Assembly: GCA_046483985.1 (NCBI GenBank)
Contig: JAWOCD010000110.1
Span: forward strand, 53,023-117,022
Reading direction: 5' to 3'
DNA: 64,000 nt
From: Promethearchaeia archaeon
GTDB lineage: Archaea > Asgardarchaeota > Lokiarchaeia > Sigyniarchaeales > SOKP01
In this document: positions 27,779 to 36,019 of the stretch, piece after piece
Position numbering within the stretch: position 1 is the first letter of the stretch
Layout: every line of letters begins with the position of its first letter
Notes under the pieces: generated by a model
Databases searched by the model: none
Told to the model about the DNA's origin: nothing
What the model saw: only the letters and a program-made list of their open reading frames with translations
Made by a program: the position numbers and the translations under genes

Positions 27779-28486
27779 CTATACTTCAGGGAATTCCATC
27801 GCGGAAGCCTTTTGTCCGCCCATCATTTGTTCCATTCCGCCAGATGCTTGATTTTGAATTCCGGCAATCCGCTGCAACAGTGTATTGATTCCTAAACTGC
27901 ATAAGAAATACCAGCTGGTGAAATTAATCCAACCATTTCTTTCCGAAATAGCTCTTACAGTTCCATAGACCGCCTTAGTCCATTCATAGGTTTCTCCACC
28001 GGTGGACGCCATGAGAAAGTCGCTTATGAAGGGCACATCCCAAGGATTCATCGGCGGCATCGCAACCGGTAATTGATATGTTGTTCCGCCTACTTGAATA
28101 GAAAAGATTCCACGCAGTATTGCAAAGATGATAATCATAGGTAAGAAAGTAATACATGTCGGTTTTAATCTACTGAATGCCATTCCTCGTTGGCTTTCTT
28201 GAATAAATTTATCCTTTCGTTCCCATTGTTTTCGCTCTTTTTGATATCGTGCCGGGTTGATATCTGCCAAATTGATGATTTCTTCTTTTCGTTTTTTGTG
28301 CTTTTTGATGAGTTTTTGCTTCCTTTGGATCTCCTCCGTGTCTGTTAAGAGTTTCGTGAGCCCAGTACTAATTACGGCGACCGTTGAGGATAAAAGCATA
28401 ATAAAAATCATTGAGCCGGGAGGATATTTTATTAACTCTATAAATATATTCTCCTCTGCAAACATGAAAATAAGCATCTTTTTCAA
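27779..28486 (-). CDS. EMC3/TMCO1 (DUF106, Oxa1 superfamily) membrane insertase
   Basis: TM-coiled coil-TM, KP..ITFLP, W.NF..WYFLCS; directly downstream of secY; start may be an ATG a few codons in. Confidence 0.88.
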   Translation of the reverse strand: MKKMLIFMFAEENIFIELIKYPPGSMIFIMLLSSTVAVISTGLTKLLTDTEEIQRKQKLIKKHKKRKEEIINLADINPARYQKERKQWERKDKFIQESQRGMAFSRLKPTCITFLPMIIIFAILRGIFSIQVGGTTYQLPVAMPPMNPWDVPFISDFLMASTGGETYEWTKAVYGTVRAISERNGWINFTSWYFLCSLGINTLLQRIAGIQNQASGGMEQMMGGQKASAMEFPEV

Positions 28487-28587
28487 CTATGTCAATTTTT
28501 TTTTAAAACGAATTAAATAAATATAGTATTAAAAAAACTCGTAATCCTAAAAATTTTCGGAATATTTTTGGATGAAAAAGCATAAGA

Positions 28588-30057
28588 TCAGCCTAATCCA
28601 AGAAAACCGCGCATTCCGGGATACTGCTCAGCAGCTGCTTCCTTGCTGATCGTTTCGGCATATTGGTGCATAATCTCTACACCTAAAAGCAAACCTGTTC
28701 CTGAAGAGAGTGCGCCTAATCCGTCTGCGAAGAAACTTAATATAGCGAGTACTATACCATTCAAAATCACAAGCATCGGAATATAACGCTTTAAAATCCG
28801 TTCGATAATCTTCTCAGATTGCCGAAAACCTGGTACTTGCATCCCACTATCGAGAATTTGTCCTGCAATATCACGAGGGGCTAGTCCGCTTACTTCTACC
28901 CATATCTGACCTAATTTCACACAGAGGACGACAAGTATTACAAAGTAAATGCCGGCACGTATCGGATCTCCAGTGAGTTGATCCAATCCCTGGGGCGCAG
29001 TAAGGAGATAGATTAATCCCGATTTCGGCGTAAGCTGGCTCCCAAGCCCAGTTCCTGCACTACTTGCCTCAAATGTCCCTATAAGATCTATCCAGAAATC
29101 GTACCCCTGACCCCGCAACGCTGATCTGGGTCCTGCTAGTAATTGCCCGAAGAATAAGATGTTTGCATATAATGCGTGCACTAATATAACTGGAATTACG
29201 GACACATAAAAAAATTTGATGGGGTATTTCCCCTTAAAACCCCGATATCCAGCATATTGCAGTGGTAGTTCGATTCTCATACTTATAAACCATATAACAC
29301 CAAGAAAAATGATAATTGTTGTAATTACTCCTAAAAGAGAGGGCAATCCGGCTTCTCTGATAAAGAGATCTCCTATCCTAGTGTTTGAGTCCCCATCAAA
29401 TAAAGCTGTGAAAAACGCAATGAAAATTCCCCTTTGTAATCCCCTTTCTCCTGCTTCAATAAAACTAAAAGAATTCCAGAAAATTTGACCGGCAACTCCT
29501 GCCGCAATGAAGAGGGACACACCGCTCCCTAATCCCCACCCTTTCTGTAAGGTTTCATCAAGCAATATAATAATAATACCTGCAAATAGGAGCTGCAGAA
29601 AGATGAGCACAACGTTTTGTAATCCTAATTGTGTTACGTTCCCGAAGGCTCCCCCCAGAATATACGCAAGTGAATTGAAAATAGTGAGAAAGATTGCCAA
29701 TACTTTTTGGGAACCACTAAACATGGAACGATCGTAAGGGTCATTCATGTCGACATCTATCATTTTACTCCCGTTCAGAAGTTGCATGATAAGTCCCGCA
29801 GTTACAATTGGTCCAATACCAAGCTCAGTAAGTGTTCCGCGCTCGCTTGCCAAAATGACCCGAAGCGAATAAAAATAATCTGTTGATTCCTCAAGTTGGA
29901 TTCCGTATAAAGGAATGTTTGACATAATTAAATATATAACTAAGACAACCGCAGTCCAGATAAACTTTTCTTTAAATGCTACTTCCCGTTGCGGTTGCTT
30001 AACTTCTGGCATTACCCGTACAAAGGGGGATAATGCCTTTAGGAACTTCCCAGCCAT
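28588..30057 (-). CDS. secY: Preprotein translocase SecY/Sec61alpha
   Basis: PEV..P.R.V.FKEK..WT, GTLTELGIGPIVTAG, KGWGLGSGVSLFIA, Q.PGFR, SGTG.LL. Confidence 0.98.
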   Translation of the reverse strand: MAGKFLKALSPFVRVMPEVKQPQREVAFKEKFIWTAVVLVIYLIMSNIPLYGIQLEESTDYFYSLRVILASERGTLTELGIGPIVTAGLIMQLLNGSKMIDVDMNDPYDRSMFSGSQKVLAIFLTIFNSLAYILGGAFGNVTQLGLQNVVLIFLQLLFAGIIIILLDETLQKGWGLGSGVSLFIAAGVAGQIFWNSFSFIEAGERGLQRGIFIAFFTALFDGDSNTRIGDLFIREAGLPSLLGVITTIIIFLGVIWFISMRIELPLQYAGYRGFKGKYPIKFFYVSVIPVILVHALYANILFFGQLLAGPRSALRGQGYDFWIDLIGTFEASSAGTGLGSQLTPKSGLIYLLTAPQGLDQLTGDPIRAGIYFVILVVLCVKLGQIWVEVSGLAPRDIAGQILDSGMQVPGFRQSEKIIERILKRYIPMLVILNGIVLAILSFFADGLGALSSGTGLLLGVEIMHQYAETISKEAAAEQYPGMRGFLGLG

Positions 30058-30300
30058 CTCTCTCTTTACACCACTACAAAATCGTAATCTTTTTTTTGAA
30101 AAATTTTTAAGAATTATGTTCTAAAGCTAAAAATAGTAAAAAAAATTTATGATTTCCAAAAAGAGTCATAAAGTCTCTTGGGTTTAATCTGAAATTAGGT
30201 CTGGAAATGCTGAATGTAAGTAAAAAATTAAAAAAATGGAAAAATAAATGTTCTGTTTATTTATGAAAGTTGCTCATCTTTAAAAGGAAAAATTGTGAGT

Positions 30301-30615
30301 TTAGAATAACGAGCCAATACCAGCTACTTCTTCATCCTCTTCTTCTTCCTCTTCTTCTTCATCCTCTTCTGCTTCTTCCTCTTCCCCTTCTTCAGGTGCA
30401 GCTCCTCCAACAGGTGCAGCAGCCGCTGTAACGGGTCCTGCAGCTGCATTTTTAATGATCTCTTCGATATCGGTCTGCTTAAGTCCGGCAACTAATTTGG
30501 CAATCTGTTCCTCATCACCATCGATACCTGCAGCTTTAAGGACTTTTTTAATATTATCTTCCGTAATGCTCTTTTCCGCTTTGTGCAGGAGAAGTGCAGA
30601 ATAAATTGATTCCAT
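30301..30615 (-). CDS. rpl12: 50S ribosomal stalk protein L12 (aP1)
   Basis: IYSALLLH, Ala-rich hinge, acidic tail, GIGSLF end. Confidence 0.96.
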   Translation of the reverse strand: MESIYSALLLHKAEKSITEDNIKKVLKAAGIDGDEEQIAKLVAGLKQTDIEEIIKNAAAGPVTAAAAPVGGAAPEEGEEEEAEEDEEEEEEEEDEEVAGIGSLF

Positions 30616-30673
30616 AAGCTTTTTTACCTCTTTTATTTTTTTATTTATAATTTTGTTTTATTTTTGCATTTAA

Positions 30674-31702
30674 TCAAAATAATCCTCCAATATTAGGAGA
30701 ATCTTCGTCTTCATCCTCATCTTCGTCACCATTACCGTCATCGCCACCAAATAGATCACCCATCCCAGCTTCTTCGTCCTCCTTTTCTTCCTCAGTTTTT
30801 TTCTCTTCTCTTTCAATAGACGATTCTTTCTCTTGAACACCAAAAACGAGGGAATTAATTGTGGCCGCAGTCGATTCAGCCTTTTTAATATATTCATCGA
30901 TCATATCCCCTACAATGATTGGCATTTCAAACATAAGACCTAATCCTTGTCTATAGGCTTTCTGTAACAATGGTTCAATGGTTTCTTCATCGACTATCTC
31001 CAGTTCAAGCGCAATAGTTAATGCCGTCTGGAAATGGGATGCAATATCTTGTTTGAACTTTCCCGTATCCATATAAATTACGCTTTTTGGAAGAATTTCT
31101 TCGTCACACCATGCATAATGAATCTTGATAACAGATTCCACGGGTCTTATTCCCAATTTTTTTAACACTGCTGCTTCCTTAACCGATACTTTTTCTCCTT
31201 CTTCGTGGGTGACAGTATCTTCTCTAATCCATATAGTATCGTTTTCAATTCTCGTAGGGAGTTTTAATGTGACATTTAATTCACTGATAACTTGTCCCGT
31301 AGGCAATCCTGTATCTCCCTTCTTAACGATAATATCTGAAGGGGCAGGTTCATTGGGGCTTGCTGCGATCATCCATTTATTCTCTTCAAATAACTTCTTT
31401 AACTCGAAGATGTCCATATTGGTGAATAAAAGACTTGATTGTCCGGGGATATTTTTTTCTAATTTGTCTAAATTCTCCTTCCCCGATTCCTTTTGATATT
31501 TCTCGATTGCCCGCGTTTGGAGAGATCGTTTACTCATTCGAAGAATTGCATCTCCTCTCAATGTCTTTCGCATGGACTGTACTTGTCTATCTGGGATTTT
31601 TGATAATGGAATGACTGCAACATTATCATATTTTTTAAATAACTCTGTCAATTGGTTAACTTCTTTTAATTTCCATTCTGGTATGTTCTGGTTTTTAATC
31701 AT
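30674..31702 (-). CDS. rpl10: 50S ribosomal protein L10 (P0)
   Basis: IPEWK...V, AP.DI.V..GDTG, LKKLGIRP, acidic tail ending IGGLF; ATG 31702 preferred. Confidence 0.95.
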   Translation of the reverse strand: MIKNQNIPEWKLKEVNQLTELFKKYDNVAVIPLSKIPDRQVQSMRKTLRGDAILRMSKRSLQTRAIEKYQKESGKENLDKLEKNIPGQSSLLFTNMDIFELKKLFEENKWMIAASPNEPAPSDIIVKKGDTGLPTGQVISELNVTLKLPTRIENDTIWIREDTVTHEEGEKVSVKEAAVLKKLGIRPVESVIKIHYAWCDEEILPKSVIYMDTGKFKQDIASHFQTALTIALELEIVDEETIEPLLQKAYRQGLGLMFEMPIIVGDMIDEYIKKAESTAATINSLVFGVQEKESSIEREEKKTEEEKEDEEAGMGDLFGGDDGNGDEDEDEDEDSPNIGGLF

Positions 31703-31706
31703 TTCA

Positions 31707-32429
31707 TTACACCCCCAAATCATCCAAGAATTCATCATCAATTTTAACTGGTTTTCCCATTGTGCTTTTCACATACATAGATTGGATGTTATTATATCGA
31801 TGCGGCATTTGACTCACAACATAATCCACAATTGTTTCCATATTCTCGAAGAGTTTTTCTTCATCCATAGATTTCTTTCCAATTATTGTTTGAACGATTG
31901 GCTGTTGGCGGACTCTTATCTTAATTATTCGCTTATATCGATCCACCGCCGTTTTTAGATCTTCGGGTGTGGAGATAATTCCATATCCATCTGGAAAAGG
32001 TTTTGGCATTTTTCCAGCAGGCCCAAGAAAACGGGCAAGATAACGAGCAACATTTCTCATCTGTTTGTCCTCGACAATGAAAAATTCATAATTTTTTACG
32101 AACTTTTTTTTATCCCGTTTTTCCTCATGGCTGAGTGCTTCTAATTCGTCCTCATCTAACACTTTCACATCTAAATCTTTGGCTTCTAAATAAACTTCTC
32201 CGGATCCGATAACACAGATGCTTGGGTCTGACCTAATCTCATGCGGGAGTATCAGTTCTTTATCGATTCTTTGTTTTGGGTCATTTAAATCAAGATCTTT
32301 TAGGTTCATAATAAAATCGATTGTTTCATCGAAATTCCGTTTTTTGGGTTCATGTCCCTCCTTTCTAATTATTGCTAATTCCAGCGCCGCGTCAATCGAA
32401 CGCTTTAGTAATTTTTCATCTACCTTCAT
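31707..32429 (-). CDS. rpl1: 50S ribosomal protein L1
   Basis: KRNFDET.D...NLKDLD, LGPAGKMPKP, YVKSTMGKP. Confidence 0.97.
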   Translation of the reverse strand: MKVDEKLLKRSIDAALELAIIRKEGHEPKKRNFDETIDFIMNLKDLDLNDPKQRIDKELILPHEIRSDPSICVIGSGEVYLEAKDLDVKVLDEDELEALSHEEKRDKKKFVKNYEFFIVEDKQMRNVARYLARFLGPAGKMPKPFPDGYGIISTPEDLKTAVDRYKRIIKIRVRQQPIVQTIIGKKSMDEEKLFENMETIVDYVVSQMPHRYNNIQSMYVKSTMGKPVKIDDEFLDDLGV

Positions 32430-32432
32430 TTT

Positions 32433-32933
32433 TTATTTCTCGACCTCCTCGATTTTATCATCATATTCTCCCGATTCGATTCTTTTTTGAATAACTCTGG
32501 GATCTTCCCCCTCCACTGTTAATCCTATGGAAAGTGCTGTACCCAATACCGTTTTTAATGCTCCTTTAAAGGTTTTATCAAAAAACTTTTCTCTTTTTGC
32601 TTTTGCTACATTCATTGCCTGATCAATTGAAATATCTCCAGCTTTTTCCTCTGCGACATTTTCAGACCCCATACTTAATCCCGCCTCTTTAAGTAAAAGA
32701 GAGGAGGTTGACGGAGTTTCTACGAATATTTCGAATTGTTTTGTACTTGGGTCACATTCAATGCGTACTGGTACAGTTAATCCTTGAAAAACCTCAGTCT
32801 TTTCATTTACTGCATCAACCACATCTTTGATATTAATCCCTGTGGGACCTATAGCGGGACCGATAGGTGGTCCTCCCGAGGCCTTCCCTCCTGTGACGAG
32901 TGCGTTAACGGTAACTTTCCCTTCTTCACTCAT
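32433..32933 (-). CDS. rpl11: 50S ribosomal protein L11
   Basis: V.GGKA..GPPIGPAIGP.G, N.KT....G..VPV. Confidence 0.97.
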   Translation of the reverse strand: MSEEGKVTVNALVTGGKASGGPPIGPAIGPTGINIKDVVDAVNEKTEVFQGLTVPVRIECDPSTKQFEIFVETPSTSSLLLKEAGLSMGSENVAEEKAGDISIDQAMNVAKAKREKFFDKTFKGALKTVLGTALSIGLTVEGEDPRVIQKRIESGEYDDKIEEVEK

Positions 32934-32986
32934 GATAACTCTTTTTTTTATTTAATTTAGAATTCAAAATTAATTATAAAAAGCAA

Positions 32987-33061
32987 AGGACCTATCAGAT
33001 GGTACTATGTTTCATTCCAATATCTTTTTCTTGCTATATCGGAACCGTACAAATACGTCCT
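32987..33061 (-). promoter_or_regulatory. Candidate structured 5' leader of the rpl11-rpl1-rpl10-rpl12 operon
   Basis: Nested stems AGGAC/GTCCT, GTAC/GTAC and TTCCGATAT/ATATTGGAA with asymmetric GG/TGAAACATA loop. Confidence 0.35.
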
Positions 33062-33399
33062 AAGTTTTTAAGAATTAATTTGAACTTAGTAATTTTTAAA
33101 ATGAATTTAAATTAAAAAATTTTCTCTTTCCAACGAGCGGTAAAATTATATTTCCTTTAAAAACCTAAATTCTTTGAAAATCAATACAATTCTTATATCA
33201 TCAAACATTTTTTAAAAAGAAAAAAAGTTTTAAAATTAATAAATAAATAAAACAAATTAAATAATAAAGTATGGGATATCATTTAGGTATACTTTTAAAT
33301 GAGTATCTGGACATTTTTTAAAAAAACTAATTGATTATTATGGTTTTTCATCGTATAAGAATTACAATTGATAATAAACCATCGCGGAGGTTTTCTTAA

Positions 33400-35478
33400 A
33401 TGCCACGAGGTATGCTCATGGCACGATGGGATGACAGACTTGGAGTTGTATTGGAGGCAAAACATCCCGAAGATATAACTCGGGGCTTGAGTGATGATGA
33501 TCTACTCACAATCTTCTCAACTCACGCTATGTCCGAATCTGCAGGGATTTTATCGATGAGAATTAAGCGGTTCTCAATTGTTTCATATTACACTGGAATT
33601 CCCGAGGATGAAATGGAAGATCAATATTTTGTGGCGCTTATTCTAAATGATCAAGAAAATCCAAACACCTTTGAGGAATCACTTACAGAAATTGGAAAAA
33701 TGGTAATTGATGCCTTTGGGCAACCGGGTTTTGAAGATTTTTATCGAGAAGCCTTTGACAGAGTCTCTAAGATGAAGGAAATCTCAGAAGAACAAAGATA
33801 TGCCTTTATTTTCCGGGATAAAGTTCGAAATCTATGCCTTTCCAAGTTGACAGATGGTCCAATGACCAAGGAAGGCCTGGCAAAATGGTTATCAAAGGAA
33901 GTAGAATCAGAAGTTACAGATATTGATGGTCTCTTAGCGCCCCTCTTAAAAACCGATTTGGTAACGGAACTAAACATCTCAAAAGGAAAAAAAGTCTCTC
34001 TTGAGTACATTTTTTTGCTCCGGGATGTTGCGCTAATTCGAACTCCCCATGTGGATCTCTTTAAAGCCGCTAAATCTGAACAAATGAGTCCGGAATTGGC
34101 AGAAACTTATGTAAAAGAAGTTGAAGATTTCTTTAAAAACTACCGAATTACCGCAGAAGATTCCCGCCTAATCTCTGAATTCATAAGTAACCCGGATACC
34201 TATGATATTATTAAAGTCTTACGGGAAGGATATATGACTCGGGAGGAAATACCTACAAAGATCGAACGAGATATGCCTAATATCGACCGACATCTGAAGC
34301 GATTAGCCGAGGATAATGTAATTCTACCAATAAAGGATAAAAAACAGAGAGTATGGGTCTTTCTTTTAAGTGACATTCAAGCAATTACTTTCTTCCCTGA
34401 ATATATGGTGGATATCATCCGTCGTCGATGGAAAGAAGGGACTATTGCGAAAGAAATAGCATTAAAGCATTTAGAACTTCTCAGAGCAGAATATATCTCA
34501 ACTCAAGCACCTAAATTCAGAGAAAAGATATTTGATGCAATTACTGATAACTACAATGAAGCAGAATCAAACATTCGAAAGAATAATCTCGATAAAGCTG
34601 CAAGTAACTTGGATGTATGCTCCTCACAAGCATATGATATGGGTGAACGGAAGTTAGGTGCCGAGTTACTTAACGCAGCAAAGCTTTTACGGGAAGATAA
34701 ACAAAAATATATTGAGGAGCAATGGCAAGAAGATAAAGAAACAATTTTAACACACTTCGAACGGATTAAACAAAATTTAGAGGAAGCAAAAGGGAAAAAG
34801 CCAAAAAAGCAGAAGAAAATCGCGGTAAAAGATAAGGAAAAGGGCCCGAGCGAAAAAGGGGAAGAACTTGACAAGGGTAAAGGAAAAGAAATGAAAGAAG
34901 AGGAAGTTAAGGCAAAAGGGAAATTTTCTTTATCAGATTCAATGGAGGAAGTTAAAGAGGCAACCACAGAAGGCCAATCCCAAGAAATTGAAGAGGCAAC
35001 CACAGAAGGCCAACCCCAAGAAATTGAAGAGGCTGCCACAGAAGGCCAACCTCAAGAAATTGAAGAGGCTCCAAAAAAAACAGAAGAAGAACTGGAAGAA
35101 GAAAAAAGCCTAAAAACGGTAATCTCTGATTTAAAGAAAGAATATAAGAAGGCTCAGAAAGCTAAAGATTATACTGCGGCAGCAGAAATTGTCCAAAAAT
35201 TAGCAGATGCATATAAAGAAGCGGGAGATATAAAACGAAGCCAAAAGTTAATCGAAAAGAAAAATGAGTTGACTATAAAGGCTTTAGCGAATATGCAAGA
35301 AAAGTTGCTTGATAAAGCAGAAGAAGCAAAAAAGCAAGGAGATATGGAAAAAGCAGCGAAATTTTATGCAGAATGTAGTTCTATCGCAAGCGATCTTTTC
35401 AAAGCGGGGAAAACGGAGCAAGCTGATGCAGTCAAAAAGTTCAAATCATTAGAAAAACAATGTCGTGAAAAAATGTAA
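33400..35478 (+). CDS. Longin/uDENN-like + tandem winged-helix + TPR-like protein
   Basis: N-terminal MARWDDRLG..LEAKHP pattern; two wHTH-like segments; low-complexity linker; C-terminal helical repeats. Confidence 0.65.
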   Translation: MPRGMLMARWDDRLGVVLEAKHPEDITRGLSDDDLLTIFSTHAMSESAGILSMRIKRFSIVSYYTGIPEDEMEDQYFVALILNDQENPNTFEESLTEIGKMVIDAFGQPGFEDFYREAFDRVSKMKEISEEQRYAFIFRDKVRNLCLSKLTDGPMTKEGLAKWLSKEVESEVTDIDGLLAPLLKTDLVTELNISKGKKVSLEYIFLLRDVALIRTPHVDLFKAAKSEQMSPELAETYVKEVEDFFKNYRITAEDSRLISEFISNPDTYDIIKVLREGYMTREEIPTKIERDMPNIDRHLKRLAEDNVILPIKDKKQRVWVFLLSDIQAITFFPEYMVDIIRRRWKEGTIAKEIALKHLELLRAEYISTQAPKFREKIFDAITDNYNEAESNIRKNNLDKAASNLDVCSSQAYDMGERKLGAELLNAAKLLREDKQKYIEEQWQEDKETILTHFERIKQNLEEAKGKKPKKQKKIAVKDKEKGPSEKGEELDKGKGKEMKEEEVKAKGKFSLSDSMEEVKEATTEGQSQEIEEATTEGQPQEIEEAATEGQPQEIEEAPKKTEEELEEEKSLKTVISDLKKEYKKAQKAKDYTAAAEIVQKLADAYKEAGDIKRSQKLIEKKNELTIKALANMQEKLLDKAEEAKKQGDMEKAAKFYAECSSIASDLFKAGKTEQADAVKKFKSLEKQCREKM
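34957..35070 (+). repeat. In-frame 36-bp tandem repeat (3 copies plus partial)
   Basis: GAGGCAACCACAGAAGGCCAAYCCCAAGAAATTGAA-like unit, encoding EA[TA]TEGQ[SP]QEIE. Confidence 0.9.
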
Positions 35479-35518
35479 TTTTTTTCTTTATTATTTCATT
35501 CCTATTTATTATTTTTTC

Positions 35519-35731
35519 TTATGAAAACCTGCAACATAACCTTCGTCCGAAACCAAGATTATGTTTCATATATTCATCTTCTAAGAATTTCATTAATCTC
35601 TCATATCCTATATCCATTTGTTCAGCAACATTTTTTATCTTTACACCGGGAGTTGCCATTAATTTAAATATTTGCTTTTTTTTATCATCATCAATTGGTT
35701 TTTTTTCTTTCTCCATATGTTCCAAATGCAC
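35519..35731 (-). CDS. Small HTH-like protein
   Basis: IFKLMATPGVKIKNVAEQMDIGYERL; ends CCRFS; true start may be ATG 35716. Confidence 0.55.
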   Translation of the reverse strand: MHLEHMEKEKKPIDDDKKKQIFKLMATPGVKIKNVAEQMDIGYERLMKFLEDEYMKHNLGFGRRLCCRFS

Positions 35732-35777
35732 TTTAACCTAAAAAAACTTAGCTTTTAGATCGATAAACATACTTTAA

Positions 35778-35896
35778 CGATCCTTTCTAAAGCAATGGAA
35801 CGGATTTTCTACGACACACAGCCCTAAGATATGCCCACCAGCTAACGCTTAGTGGACTCGTAGGAATCCCCGACCTTTAGGGCGGGGAGACTTCAA
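35778..35896 (+). mobile_element. IS200/IS605-derived miniature element (internally deleted)
   Basis: TTTAA|CGATC start; right end GGAATCCCCGACCTTTAGGGCGGGGAGACTTCAA; near-identical to 42410-42461. Confidence 0.75.
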
Positions 35897-35978
35897 TTAT
35901 TGGGGTTCGATTTCTGTCTAACTTCTCTATTTACTTTCAATTCTAATTTTAATTTGTGTGGATCGCTTATCAATTTAA

Positions 35979-36012
35979 CGATCTGCGAAAGAAGTCCCCA
36001 TCCCTTTAGGAT
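35979..36012 (+). mobile_element. IS200/IS605-type left-end fragment
   Basis: TTTAA|CGATCTGCGAAAGAAGTCCCCATCCCTTTAGG. Confidence 0.6.
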
Positions 36013-36019
36013 TAGAAAT

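Noticed and set aside
34957-35070. 36-bp repeats as a CRISPR array
   Set aside because: No spacers, in-frame inside a CDS, no cas genes
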